Assembly: GCF_006345805.1 (NCBI RefSeq)
Contig: NC_043016.1
Location: forward strand, 29,326,001 to 29,390,000
Length of the DNA: 64,000 bases
Direction: 5' to 3'
From: Octopus sinensis
Taxonomy: Eukaryota
The notes under the pieces were generated by a model. It was given only the letters and a program-made list of their open reading frames with translations. It had not been told where the DNA came from and ran no database searches. The position numbers and the translations under genes are program-made. Of the stretch, positions 1 through 12,553 are shown piece by piece; position 1 is the stretch's first letter, and every line of letters starts with the position of its first letter.

Positions 1-696
1 TTGTTGTCACTGCTTTAATTATAAAGGGTAACCCGATCTGTAACCTTACACCACAGTAATAGGAGAAAGAAACAAGTGTGTGTGCGTGTGAGAGAGAGAG
101 AGAGCGCACACACGTGTGTGTATTTCGGGACGAAGGTAGGGTTTCAATTTTGTACCTTTGCAGCTGATAATAGATTTAATTAGAGAAACAGGGCTACAAA
201 GGACTTCGATGTTATGTCACCCTAATTCGAACAGCTGCATTAGAATAAATAAGAATAATAAAAAAAAAGGAAATAACAGTATCAGTCAATTAAAAAGACA
301 ATCAGAAACTTATATATCGGAAGGAAAGATGTTGACCCTACACCAGGTAATAATGGAAATTACATACACACGCACACACAAGTGCCAATGAGGGACCCTA
401 TGTGCTGTCTCTCGATCTGCTAGAAATAGCAGTACATTTCCCTTCAATACACCTTACCGCCTTAAAAATAAAAAGAACACCTTCGACCACATAGTCTGAT
501 AAACAAACAGGGTGGTCACCGGTGGAATGCCTTTAATCACGGATTTACTTAATCGAGGCTAACTTAAGGCGGAAACTGACACAGAATCTTTCAGTCTATC
601 TATCTATGTCTGTGTTCGTGTGTGTTATGTGAGTACAAGTGTGTGTGTGTATGTGTACCTCTCGGTCTCTCTCTCTCTCTCTCTCTCTCTCCTCTC

Positions 697-739
<43 letters not shown>

Positions 740-863
740 ATATATATATATATAATACATATATATTATATATAATATATTAATATATATTATATATATA
801 TATATACATATATATTAGATATATATATATATATATACATTATTTATATTATATAAGATATAT

Positions 864-963
864 NNNNNNNNNNNNNNNNNNNNNNNNNNNNNNNNNNNNN
901 NNNNNNNNNNNNNNNNNNNNNNNNNNNNNNNNNNNNNNNNNNNNNNNNNNNNNNNNNNNNNNN
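864..963. other. Assembly gap (100 N) next to a (TA)n/(TC)n microsatellite
   Basis: Run of exactly 100 N following (TC)n and (TA)n tracts at ~660-863. Confidence 0.98.
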
Positions 964-1312
964 AGCAATGCTAGGGGGACAAACACAGAAACACACACAC
1001 ACGCATATATATATACATACATACAACGGGCTTCTTTCAGTTTCCGTCTACCAAATCCACTCACAAGGCATTGGTCGGCACGAGGCTATAGTAGAAGACA
1101 TTTGCCCATGGTGCCACGCAGTAGGACTGAACCCGGAACCATGTGGTTGGTAAACAAGCTACTTACCACATTCTTTTACTTGTTTCAATCATTTGACTGG
1201 AGCCATGCTGGAGCACCGCCTTTAGTCGAACAAATCGATCCCAGGACTTATTCTTTGTTAGCCTAGTACTTATTCTATCGATCACTTTTGCCGAAACGCT
1301 AAGTTACGAGGA
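964..1312 (-). mobile_element. SINE-A: 5' half of one copy (964-1170) abutting the 3' half of another (1172-1312)
   Basis: Reverse complement matches the SINE-A head/body (TGTGGTAAGTAGC...GTTCCGGGTTCAGTCC) and the 3' body (CTAAAGGCGGTGCTCCAGCATGG...GAAACAAGTAAAAG) seen in many copies in the window. Confidence 0.85.
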
Positions 1313-1360
1313 TTTGTGTGTATATATGTGTGTGTAAATGTATGTATGTATGTATGTATG

Positions 1361-1392
<32 letters not shown>

Positions 1393-1615
1393 AATGTTTG
1401 TTTGTTCGTTTGTTTGTATATACTGATATGTAAAAGTAAGATTCAAGGTCCAGGTGTAGAAAGTTAGCAAGCTTCAAGCTGTCTCTAGAAAGTATAAAAA
1501 CAACTTTCGGGAACAACAGTGGTTTGTATTCTTCGATTTACTTTACTCTTTATTCTTCTATTTTATTCCTTATAAACTGTGAATTTCCCTATCTAGAACT
1601 TTCATACATACTCAC

Positions 1616-1694
1616 CTTGTCAGATGACGGATCACCCAGTGAACGGACATGTTATCCTATCCCTTGGGATATCTCAGAAACAGCTGTAAAACTT
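1616..1694 (+). ncRNA. Degenerate Penelope-type hammerhead-ribozyme-like motif
   Basis: CAGATGA (one mismatch to CTGANGA) ... GAAAC-AGCT-GTA with palindromic ACAGCTGT stem III; stem I is poor. Confidence 0.4.
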
Positions 1695-1913
1695 CAAATT
1701 TACACTAATTAAATTATTCTACATGACTTGAGATACTCGTCCTCCTTGGTTTTATTGTCCTTTTCCTCTTAGTATAATATATACCTGGTAACACAGAAGC
1801 CTAATACGGATCCCTAGCTCCAGCTTCAGCTGTGAACTTTGAACCTAACGGATGACCATTTACAGAACTTGCTCAGCGTACCTATTCGTTTAGATCACTG
1901 GTGAACTAAACCC

Positions 1914-1965
<52 letters not shown>

Positions 1966-1970
1966 ATATA

Positions 1971-2348
1971 CGAGCAAAATGCCCCTCGTCCATGGACGGT
2001 GCTGAGTTGTCAAACATTTAAACCAATTTCCTCAAAACAACTTTCCGACCGTCCCTTTTGTGGCATTATTTCAAGCCAGCCAGCTTTTTTGCGCAAACTG
2101 CATGTGCATTTTCCTTGCGTATGCGTAGTATCGATCGCAACAGCTGATGTACTTGCGCGTACAAATGCACGTTCCTACGGCTTTATCGATCGCATTCTCA
2201 CCTAGAATCGATTTTTGTAATTTTTTCAAGACTTATACACGCCCTGATACCGTCGGTATCTACATATTAAATTTGAGCGCAATCGGATGGAGGATGCCCA
2301 AGATCCTAGAAGATAGACAGACAGACAGAACGGATTTTATATAATAGA
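1971..2348 (-). mobile_element. Non-autonomous Helitron-like element
   Basis: Minus strand begins TCTATTATATAAAATCCG followed by (TCTG)n. It ends with the perfect palindrome CGTCCATGGACG, then GGGCATTTTGCTCG|T (degenerate CTAG terminus). Confidence 0.7.
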
Positions 2349-3625
2349 AAATCCTTTGTATCTGTCTGTTCCTAATGCATTCTCAAACGGCTCAACCAAA
2401 TCAAATCAAATTTTACATGGTAATACTACGAGTCCCCAGGAGTGTCAACATGTAATTTTGGGGGATTAATTTGCGCTGCATACAAAATACAGACATACTA
2501 TATACGGTACGTTTTTAAACACACACACACATCTACATATACATACCTGATGATTGACATGCGTGAAGTGCGGGCTGGCCAGTGTCAATACGAAATTTTA
2601 TTTTCATTTCCTTTAAAACAATACGCATTTACAGTTCCATTAACCAGTTAATAATCATCGCAGCAATTGCAAGGTTGCAAGGTAAAATATAAAATTCTTT
2701 GTCGCTCTGTAATAATCATTGTGGCATTTACTGTTAAATTAGCAGTTCCATACATGCGCTTCTATTTCATTCATTTGTTTATATTTCGTTAATTTACACT
2801 GCATACAAAAATGCAGACATACTATATACATACAACAACTTACAAAAATAGAGATTAAAGTATATTTTTTCTTTGTTCACGATTTTTGTTTACAATATCG
2901 AAAAAATATGCCGCTAAAGAAAGGACGTAATTTCTCCACAAACACGTATAAAGCGAGGACAATTGCAGAAAACCGAAGGCGAGAGTCTCAACAGAGAAGG
3001 GAGATAAGACTTTCTCAAGATGAGCAAAGGCATGCTGCAGCACGTCAGATGGAGTCTCAAGATAGTAGGAAGATGAGACTTTCCCAAGATCAGCTAAGGC
3101 AATCGGCAATACTTAATGCTGAATCATTAGAACAACGTTTCGCATGCCAAATTAGACAGAGGTCCAATACAATAGCTCTCAGAAATAGACCACATGCAAA
3201 TTCAGAAATGGCCCATCCCATTCTTATAAAAATGATTATTCTGTACAAATTGATGTGCTAAACTCAAATTGTCGTTTCTGCAAAGCGTTAAAATTTCCAA
3301 ATGAAACTAATGGCATGTGCTGCTCAGGCAGAAAGTTAAGATTGCCTGCACTACCAGCTCCTCCTCAACCTCTTATAGATCTTCTGGAAGGCACTTCCAT
3401 CCAGTCAAAGGATTTTCTGAACAATATCAGATATTTGAAATGACTTCGTTTGGTGCATCTAAGGATATAGTTGAACATGGATTTATGCCGACATTCTAAG
3501 TTCAAGGGCAAGTCTATCATCTCATTGGTTCCCTGTTACCCACAAATGAACAACCAAAGTTCCTCCAAATTTACTTTATGAGTAACGTAGGGCAACAGAA
3601 CATCAAACAAAAAAATCAACAACGC
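2349..3625 (+). mobile_element. Helitron 5' portion with disrupted Rep N-terminal coding region
   Basis: ORF 2908-3261 (charged repeats) continues through frameshifts into CRFCKALKFPNETNGMCC..LRLPALPAPPQPL..SKDFLNNIR, MTSFGA..GFMPTF*VQGQVYHLIGSLLP..PKFLQIYF. These are typical Helitron_like_N motifs. Confidence 0.85.
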
Positions 3626-3705
3626 GAGCATGTGATACATGTAAAGTATTAGCAGATGCTCAGGGAAGGAAAGAAAGATGGTTTTATATATATATATATA
3701 TATAG

Positions 3706-3754
<49 letters not shown>

Positions 3755-3789
3755 GTACGTACCTACATCTACATGTATATATACATGCA

Positions 3790-4260
3790 TATATAATATA
3801 TATACGTAAGTACAGGACACCACAAAAAGACGTAGAACTCAACAGAAACGAAAACGGAAAAGCCATTTTTTTACAACAGAAAAACAAAGTACAGGACAAG
3901 CTACACAAGGAAAATCCCCAATCAACAGCTGTCGCTAGTAGACTTAAGCGCGTTTAGAAGGCAAGACAGGACACGACTCGTCAATACTAGGCCTTCCTGC
4001 GAGAGAATTAAAATAAAATAACCTCGCAGAGGGGTAAAACAAGCACGAAAAAATGTAACACAAACTGCACAATAAAATACAAGATAAAAATACATGTACA
4101 AGAAAATACAAAGCGAGAAATAAAGTACAATACGAGAAATCAAAATAAACAAGAAAACAAACGAAAAAGCCTTTGTTCTGGCTGGGACGGAAGAGGTTCT
4201 GGCAAGCGCATGGAAACATGACTTTACGGTTTGAAAGCAGCGTGCAAAAGGATTAACAGT
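3790..4260. repeat. Interspersed repeat fragment, possibly a Penelope-like terminal region
   Basis: Non-microsatellite block between (TA)n tracts. The minus strand has TTGACGAG...TAAACGCGCT, a very degenerate hammerhead-like core. Family assignment is from recall only. Confidence 0.3.
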
Positions 4261-4279
4261 GACAAAAGTGAGGAAGAGT

Positions 4280-4320
<41 letters not shown>

Positions 4321-4335
4321 TCATACATACATACA

Positions 4336-4370
<35 letters not shown>

Positions 4371-4682
4371 TATATGTATATATATATTATAGTAACACCC
4401 CCACCGCCCTGCCCTGTCCCTAGCCACATTCAAATGGCTAATGTCCCTTTTGTTATGGAGCAGTTACTGTCTATATCTCGTTTAGAGAATTATTATTGCT
4501 ATATATATATTATATTATATATAATACAAATAAGAAAATGGAGGAACAGATTCATTTCAATCATCGACTTACAGATAATACCAATTCATATTATTTATTA
4601 ACTACATAAATAGGAACATCCAAATAAAACAATTTACATCAATAAGTAAGATAATATCATAAAAATAATACACATAAAATGG

Positions 4683-4808
4683 ATCTTACAGCTGTTTCAG
4701 TCTGTAGATAAAGGTATATCATTCTGCCTATATTAGTCAGATGTATTGAGATAATATGCAGTTAAAAATGAGTTACTTATATATATATCTCAAGGCCTTG
4801 TCAGAGAT
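4683..4808 (-). ncRNA. Degenerate hammerhead-ribozyme-like motif with long stem II insert
   Basis: Minus strand ATCT-CTGACAA...GAAAC-AGCT-GTA-AGAT. Stem I ATCT/AGAT pairs. CTGACAA can derive from CTGACGA by CpG decay. Confidence 0.45.
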
Positions 4809-5080
4809 TATAAAGTACAATTATAAAAATATAAAAAAGCAACTGTAAATATGAAACAAAATACACATACACAAGAATATATATGTATTTTGTTTCATAT
4901 TTATATGTTCCCGTGTGTAATTATACATATATTCTAGTAGTTTTGAATACATATACATTTAGAAGATTTGTGAAATTAGGTGAAGCATTTATTGTAGAAA
5001 ATAACAATGTAGAAAAACGAGTGACTGCATCATATTGTACATATTAAAAGTGTATGCACACATTAATTGAAGTATACAGT

Positions 5081-5333
5081 ATGCATACATACATACATAC
5101 ATACATACATACATACATACATACATACATGCATCCAATCATCCATGTATCCATGCATGCATGCATACATACATACATACATACATACATACATACATAC
5201 ATACATACATACATACATACATACATCCATGCATCCAATCATCCATGTATCCATGCATACATACATACATACATACATACATACATACATACATACATAC
5301 ATACATACATACATACATACATACATACATACG
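5081..5333. repeat. (TACA)n microsatellite with a duplicated interruption
   Basis: (CATA)n with two copies of ATGCATCCAATCATCCATGTATCCATGC. Confidence 0.95.
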
Positions 5334-5423
5334 CAGATAATAGCGCTATCAACATGAGATGTGTAGAGGTTTAAAAGAGTCTTTTTAAAACTTTTTTTTT
5401 AAATAATTATGACAACTCGTCAA

Positions 5424-5813
5424 GGATCTTTTCGGTTTGAACGGCAGTTTTTAAAAAACTTCGTATACTGGTAGAATGTGTTTATAAAATATCTTTTTCT
5501 CTTAGCTTTATTGAGAAAATTCTATAGTTTGTAAGATATTTGTTGTTTTTTTTTCTTCAATTTCTGCAATTTCAACCAATCAATGACGTCTTTCGAGTTG
5601 AAAAACATTCTGTGCCGTATGAATATGTCCCTCGTTTAAGAAACAGATTGAGTTTATTTACATTTCTGAAGAAAAAAAAGATACCCTTCCCTAACCCTAA
5701 CCCTAACCCTAAAACAGATTGAAATGCAATAGATCGATACTAGGGTCATAATTATGGGTGACAATTTCATATGACACCGCTAGAAAAAACTGCCGTTCAA
5801 ACCGAAAAGATCT
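5424..5813. mobile_element. MITE with ~29-bp TIRs and 8-bp TSD (Merlin- or hAT-like), containing (CCCTAA)4
   Basis: Left end GGATCTTTTCGGTTTGAACGGCAGTTTTT and right end AAAAACTGCCGTTCAAACCGAAAAGATCT. TSD CTCGTCAA at 5416-5423 and 5814-5821. Confidence 0.85.
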
Positions 5814-5999
5814 CTCGTCAAACCTAAATCAGTAACTAGTTTATTTCTTCTGCTAGAAATATCTTTTACTTACCAATGCAACGTTATTCAGACCGGATTA
5901 CAAAATATATCTTACACCACGTGGGCTTTCACTAGCACAATCATGGCTGAGACTAATAACAACACTAACACAAGCTGTACAACACTGTTATATTATTTA

Positions 6000-8030
6000 A
6001 GGCAACCTAAGTATTCTTCCCACTTCAGTTGATCCAACATCTACTTCGGTATTATGAGAAAGCCTGAGATGACCTTTCTATCAGGTACGTAATGATGGCT
6101 AAAATAATATACTGGAACAAAGATCTCCCAAACTTTAGTTATTTTAGGGCAAAATAACTTCAATACCAAACATCTTTTTAACATTTAAAACAAATGTCTG
6201 TTGCATATAGCAATAGTTATTCCAATTCTCGAAATGCTAATCGATCTTTTCAAAACACAGAGAAATCTGCCAGAGAGATCGAAATTAATGTAAACAAACC
6301 ATTTCTGCTCTCATTAAATTCCTGTATATCTCCACATGTAACTGATTCGACAGAGACTTAAGATGTTGAAACTACAGTTCGTAAAAATGTTTTCCAGTTT
6401 TCCTAAGCTCTCGTTGAGCAACAGGCCATTCTCAACAAGATAAAAGAGACAACCAACTGCTCTTATGTTAAAAGTTATTGACATTGCTGGAGAGCACATG
6501 GAATTATCTGATTCCTTGCCGGACAATTAATATTTTCCTATACGTAGCTGGTGTTATTCATAAATAACACTTAAGAGAAACCAGCAGTATCCAAGGTAAT
6601 GAAATTACTAAACGGAAGAACTAAGATGGAAAAAGGAAACATCAACAATCTGTGCCGCCATGTTGGATGGTTAACCACAATAATAAAATGTAAGGAAAAT
6701 AATGAGTTTACATCTTATGCAAAAAGTGAGAAAACTCTATGGCGACTCTTCACGCTAAGTTCATTAGAGAAAACTAATTACTTTAAAGCACGAGCGAAAA
6801 ACTTTATTATCGTAGATGCTAAGCGAAAAACTTCATTATCGTTGACGCAGAGTGAAAAACTTCGTTATCGTAAAATAATAACTGAGAGACAGTATAAATC
6901 ACAAGTTTGCTTCTAAATCACAAGCATTACATCGCAAGGTGAGGAAGAAAATATTATTGTTAAGAAAGCTCTTCTAAAAATCTTAAATCATTTTGGTCTA
7001 AAATCTGGAATGAAAAGAAAGTGGCTAAATACAGTTACGAAAGAATAGCGTACAAACATCGATAGTAAAATACACGCACTCATCCCCTCGCCCGAAACTT
7101 CTCCGTAGCTGTAAGCAAACTACTTAATGGGGAGGAACTTGGAACAGGCTGAGTAGTTGGATACTGGTACAAAAGGTTGAGTTTCTACTGAAATTCATTA
7201 ATATGTATATTTAAAAGAACTATGGGAGGCCACATTGACATACCCAATTGGTTTGCTAGAGCACCAACAGAGTTGGCAGAAAGAATATGCCCACTGCTGG
7301 CCTAAATATTATGTACAAGATTTACATAACCACCCATACATACCTCTAACATACTTCAAAGCTGTAAAATGCTCAACATATGGAAAAAGGTTATGCATGG
7401 ATATGTTTCATAAAGACAAAACATGACATTAATATCGTCATGAAGTGCAACCTTTCTTAGACACGTGACTGCTACATCACATCACATTTCAGTGATTATG
7501 CTTTTCCAGGAGGAGGTCGTTACAGAATACCTAATAGATAAAAAGACAACGAAGCTTTTGGAACCCCAAAATGTAGTCGAAAATGTTGGCTACATCAGTT
7601 ATCAACATCTGCCGAAAAATATCACCATGGTACAACTTCCCAATGCAATATGATGATGTTGCTAAAACAGTATACAATGTCATCGGGGAAAAGATTGACC
7701 TGGAATAAATATAAGGAATCCTCCTGTTAATTGAATACACAAAGAAATATCAACACAAAGAATATTGGTGGAAATTTCCGTCAAAATTTCTACAAACTGC
7801 AAATTTCTACAACTTACAAATAAACAAGAAAAGTATGTACCATCATAGTGATCAGCTGCCCTGCTGAGGTGAATGTCTCTGAAAATCAAAGAGAAAGAGG
7901 ATAACTACAGACAACTACTTCGATTCCTTCAGTTTCTATATCCAGATTATAGAAAATAATTGGTGCACTTAGTTTTGTTAGTACATGCCTAGGTGACAAT
8001 CTAGAAAATTAAGGTTTTTAGAAAAATATA
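6000..8030 (+). pseudogene. Highly degenerate RLE-type (R4/Dong-like) non-LTR retrotransposon
   Basis: Residual motifs across frames: RT-like (E)NNEFTSYAKSEK at ~6700; post-CCHC KISPWYNFPMQYDDVAKTVYN at ~7620-7680; RLE-like EYWW...CTIIVISCPAEVN...KEDNYRQLLRFLQFLYPDY...IIGAL at 7760-7975. Confidence 0.5.
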
Positions 8031-8042
8031 AACTAGCTTATA

Positions 8043-8430
8043 GGCGCACGAGTGGCTGTGTGGTAAGTAGCTTGCTTACCAACCTCATGGTTCCGGGTTC
8101 ATTCCCACTGCGTAGCACCTTGGGTGTGTCTTCTACTATAGCCTCGGGCCGACCAAAGTCTTGTGAGTGGATTTGATAGACGGAAACTGAAAGAAGCCCG
8201 TCGTGTATATGTATATATATGTGTATGTGTTTGTCCCCCCAACATCGCTTGACAATCAATGCTGGTGTGTTTACGTCCCCGTCACTTAGCGGTTCGGCAA
8301 AAGAGAACCGATAACATAAGTACTAGGTTTACAAAGAATACGTCCTAGGGTCGATTTGCTCGACTAAAGGTGGTGCTCCAGCATGGCCGCAGTCAAATGA
8401 CTGAAACAAGTAAAAGAGTAAAAAAGAGTA
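8043..8430 (+). mobile_element. SINE-A, full-length
   Basis: tRNA-like head with A box (TGGCTGTGTGG) and B box (GGTTCATTCCC), internal (TA/TG) tract, (AAAAGAGT)n tail. Confidence 0.9.
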
Positions 8431-8490
8431 GCTAACAAACACTTTACAAATACATACAATCTGTAAGTGGAATATTAAAAATATACAATA

Positions 8491-9003
8491 CTAGCAGTAT
8501 CGCCCGGCGTTGCTCGGGTTTGTAAGGGAAATAACTATATAAGCATTTTTAGAGAGTTACTTCCCTTACAGATGCCAATTCGGGCTTTCTTAGCCATTTC
8601 TGTTTTGGTGTCTTCAAGCCATGAAGTCGTTGTTCTAAAAGAACGCTGGTCTCCTTGACAACGCTTTACGACGTTGATTTCCTTACACTCCCTTCCCCAC
8701 AGCTTCACGAGGGAGGGAAGAAGGGGGAGAAGCAAACAGGTGCAGGCGTGAGCGTGGACGCCAACTCCGCCGCCATCGACACACGAAAAATTATGCATTA
8801 AAATGGAATAAAAAATGATGTTAAATTATTTTTAAAATCGTAGACTCATCGTAGACGCGCGCTAATACTCAGACGGGCTCGATATGAATCATGACTATAA
8901 GATACCCGAATTTGGTTAAACTGCACCGCAAAATGTGGGAGTAGTTAGGAATCTAAATCGAAGGGGACAGACACTCACACAACTACAGTTTTATATATAT
9001 AGA
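8491..9003 (-). mobile_element. Non-autonomous Helitron with canonical ends
   Basis: Minus strand A|TCTATATATATAAAACTG ... hairpin CCCGAGCAACGCCGGG ... CTAG|T, inserted between A and T. Confidence 0.88.
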
Positions 9004-9740
9004 TATACAATATGTGATGTTGATTTTGTTATCAATATTCCAACAATGGAGCCTTGTATCTTTGTTAGAAACCAACTCCTTCCCTCAGAGGAAGATTTCA
9101 AATAATTAAAAGCGGAAGAGAACATATATACATTATCAGAGATTCAAACGTATTCATGTATTCATACGTGTACGGATACACATAGTTATAAAATCATACA
9201 TAAATACATACACACATACATACAAAGATATATGTAAACATACATACGCACACAACACTCACACAATCATGCATACATGTGTGTGTATACAAATAAACAT
9301 ACACGGATGCACACATGCAGACATCATTCAGAGATGTATGCATATGTTGACACACATATACATACAGACAGGCATGCACTCATATATGCACACATATACA
9401 TACACATACATATATACAGACATACGTACGTACATACATACACACATGCAGAAATGCACATATATACATATAAACATCCATGCAATATACATGCATACGC
9501 ATACATACACGCACACACACACGCACATGCACAATTTGTTTATCACTCGCAGACATACATATGTTGTCTTCAAGAGTGATTTGGGGGATATTCCCCGGGA
9601 TGAAGAATTCAGCACTTAACTCACATCACTGGACGAAAATCGATAAAATCAAACGGATATTCTGAATACATTAATCGATTTGTTCTTATCTCTACTTCTT
9701 TTTTTTTTTTTCCTTTTTTTTTTGTCATAAAAGTCATATC

Positions 9741-10750
9741 ACCACCGACCACTACACCACCAGAAGCACCACAACCATCACTACCGCCGCTACTACCATC
9801 ACGATGTCAACCAGCATCACCACCACCACCACAACCACTACTACCAACACTACAACCACCACTACCACCACCACTACATCAACCAACACCACCACTACCA
9901 CAACCAACACTACTGCCACCACTGCCATCACTATGTTAACCAACATCACCACCACCACCACTACCACCACCACAACAACCACTACCACCACTACGTCAAC
10001 CAACACTACCACAACCACCACAACCACCACTACCGCCACTACTACCACTACCACCACCACAACAACCACTACCACCACTACGTCAACCAACACTACCACA
10101 ACCACCACTACCGCCACTACCACCACTATGTCAACCAACATCACCACCACTACCACCACCACAACAACCACTACCGCCACCAAAACCACTACTACGTCAA
10201 CCAACACTACCACAACCACCACTACCGCCACTACCACCACTATGTCAACGAGCATCACCACCACCACCACCACAGCTGCCTATGCTGCTACCACCACCAC
10301 CATCACCACCGTCATCATCACTGCTACCACATCCACTCCCATATATCAATGCCACCACCACTGTATCAACCACCGTCATCACTGCTGCTGCCACCACTAC
10401 TGCGTCCACTCCACTACTGCTACTACCACACCATTACCATCACTACTCCCACAGACCATCACTACCACGACCACTAATACATCTTAATACCACCACACCT
10501 ATGGGTGAACCCGACGGGGGAGGGGCATTTCCCTCTCCCCACCTCAAGAAAGGAAGTACACCCTTCTAAATAATGTTACTACGCCTTTTTCTCCTGAAAT
10601 TGTATTCCCTTCTAACCTAGTACCCTCCTTTCCAACAATTCCTGGGACCATGCCTGCACACCACTACTGCCACTACCACTATTACTACTTCCACTGCCAC
10701 CAATACTACCACCACTACTCCCACACACCACCACCACTACCATCACACAT
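9741..10750. repeat. Compound (ACC/ACT/ACA)n trinucleotide tract with cryptic higher-order units
   Basis: Recurring TGTCAACCAACATCACC and CGTCAACCAACACTACC motifs within ACC/ACT runs. Confidence 0.9.
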
Positions 10751-11085
10751 TACCCTTGTCACTTATCCATGCTAGCTCCATCTCTTCAGTGTTCTGTAGG
10801 GATAGGTAGATAGAGTTTGGATGTTGAGTGTGCCTCTAGGCTTCATCAGAGGGTCTAAATGGTTAGGAGAGCCGATACATACAAGAGTCAGTTACTAATA
10901 GGATTAGGTATAGGAAAAAGAAATAAGTCACAGACTTCAAGTATTGCCTTCTAAGATTCATGTTATTTTGTCAAGTGGTGGAAAGGTAGGTATATTCGTT
11001 CTAAGGACAAGTTTTTTTAGGAAGGGTAAATGTAGGCAGTGGTTCTTATTTTGTTTACATATAAATACACGTTATGTTTGTGTTT

Positions 11086-11942
11086 ACAGTGGTGGGTTTG
11101 AAAGTATGGTCCATGAAAAAAAATTACATTCTTCCAATGCCAGCGGATTTCCAAGATATAGCCCCTCCCCCCTCCACCAGATCATCACAGAACCTCTTCC
11201 ATGTTTAACAGCTGGAAGAAGGTAGTATATGTCAAATGCTTCTTTTGGCTGTCTCCATACGTATATTCGGTCGGTGGTCGGAAATAAGGTAAAGGATGAC
11301 TCGTCTGAGAAAATAATATTCTTCAACTGCTCTAGGGACCAATTCTGTAGGTTTTTACCCCACTCTAAACGCTTTGCAACGTTTGTTTTCTGATTGCAGT
11401 CCTCTGATTGTTTTCTAATTGCAGCCCTCCCGTGAAATCAGGCTTTGTACAGCTCCCAGTGAGCAGTTTTTGTGGAAACTGGGTTCTCAGGGTGGTTATT
11501 AAGCTCGCAGTAATTTTGGGAGCTGTACTTTTGTGATCTTTTCTAACAATTCGCGTAAGAGACCGACAGTCCCTATCTGAAAGTTTTGGTTTTCTTCCAG
11601 AGTTTTGTTTCGATGAGGAGGTTTTTCCCTTTTTCTCAAAGGCTGTCATTACTTTTGAGTCAGTACTTCTTGATACACCAAAAATTTCGGCTGTTTTCTT
11701 TACGCTAGCACCTGCCATGCGAGTACCAACAATTTGACCTCTTTGAAAGTTCGATAGATCTGTCATTTTAATTATCTTTTTCTGATGATATCTGAAAAGA
11801 AACAGCAATTTTAGCAAAACATGTTAAGCGACACTAATAATAAATAAATAAAAAAAGCATAAAAATAAACAAGCTCTTGACAGTTTTATAGATATTTCAA
11901 AATTATGATGCTAGGTGTCTCCATTATTTTGTCCAACCCCTG
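11086..11942 (-). mobile_element. Tc1-family DNA transposon, internally deleted, transposase pseudogene
   Basis: HTH region MTDLSNFQRGQIVG..AGASVKKTAEIFGVSRST..SGRKPKLS (11365-11817 ORF) and catalytic IIFSDESSFTLF..VKHGRGSVMIW (11084-11326 ORF). TIR CAGGGGTTGGACAAAATAATGG ends at 11942; the other TIR is uncertain. Confidence 0.85.
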
Positions 11943-11944
11943 TG

Positions 11945-11959
<15 letters not shown>

Positions 11960-11975
<16 letters not shown>

Positions 11976-12200
11976 TTATGTGTCTGTGTGTGTTCCCCCA
12001 TCATCGCTTGACAACTGATGCTGCCATGTTTATGTCCCCCGGACTTAGTAGTTAGGCAAAAGAGATCGATACTATAAGTACTAGGCTTACAAAGAATAAC
12101 TCCTGGAGGTCGATTTCTTCGACTAACACCCTTTAGGGCGGTGCTCCAGCACATGGACTCAGTTAAATGATTGAAGCAAATAAAAGAGTAAAAGAGTGTG
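11960..12200 (+). mobile_element. SINE-A 3' half
   Basis: Microsatellite followed by the SINE-A 3' body and AAAAGAGT tail. Confidence 0.8.
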
Positions 12201-12384
12201 TGTCTGTGTATTGTTGGTGATTTTCTTTCTCCATCTTCCCTTCTTTGGACTCGAAACGTGAAATCCTCTTTCTTTTCTTTCCTTTCCTGAGCGTCCAATA
12301 ACACTGTACTTAGTCCACGTCCTCGCGTTGTTGCTTTTTCTTGCTTGTTCATGTATGGATTGACTATATATATAATATAATAAT

Positions 12385-12505
12385 AATGAAATTATTGTAT
12401 ACAGTGCTCAGGTGCACCACAACTTGTCAGAAAGTGCATATAAAGTACATGCAGTAATATACAAATGTGTGGAAAGTGAACATGCTTGTGTGTGTATGGA
12501 GGGGA
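12385..12505 (-). mobile_element. 3' end fragment of CR1/L2-type LINE
   Basis: Minus strand ...GTTGTGGTGCACCTGAGCACTGTATACAATAATTTC(ATT)n, the same tail as the LINE at 57700. Confidence 0.75.
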
Positions 12506-12514
12506 TATATATAT

Positions 12515-12553
<39 letters not shown>

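Noticed and set aside
5044-5374. Many MYVC/HTYI ORFs here and at 12392-13212, 39188-39653, 47742-48384, 51318-51879 and 63486-63981
   Set aside because: Artefacts of (TACA)n, (TA)n and (CA)n microsatellites.
5689-5712. True telomere or chromosome end
   Set aside because: Only four units, and they lie inside a MITE.
10805-10856. Hammerhead on the minus strand (CTGATGA...CCAAAC)
   Set aside because: GAAA is not intact and stem II does not close onto it. It may be a decayed Penelope end, but that is not supportable.
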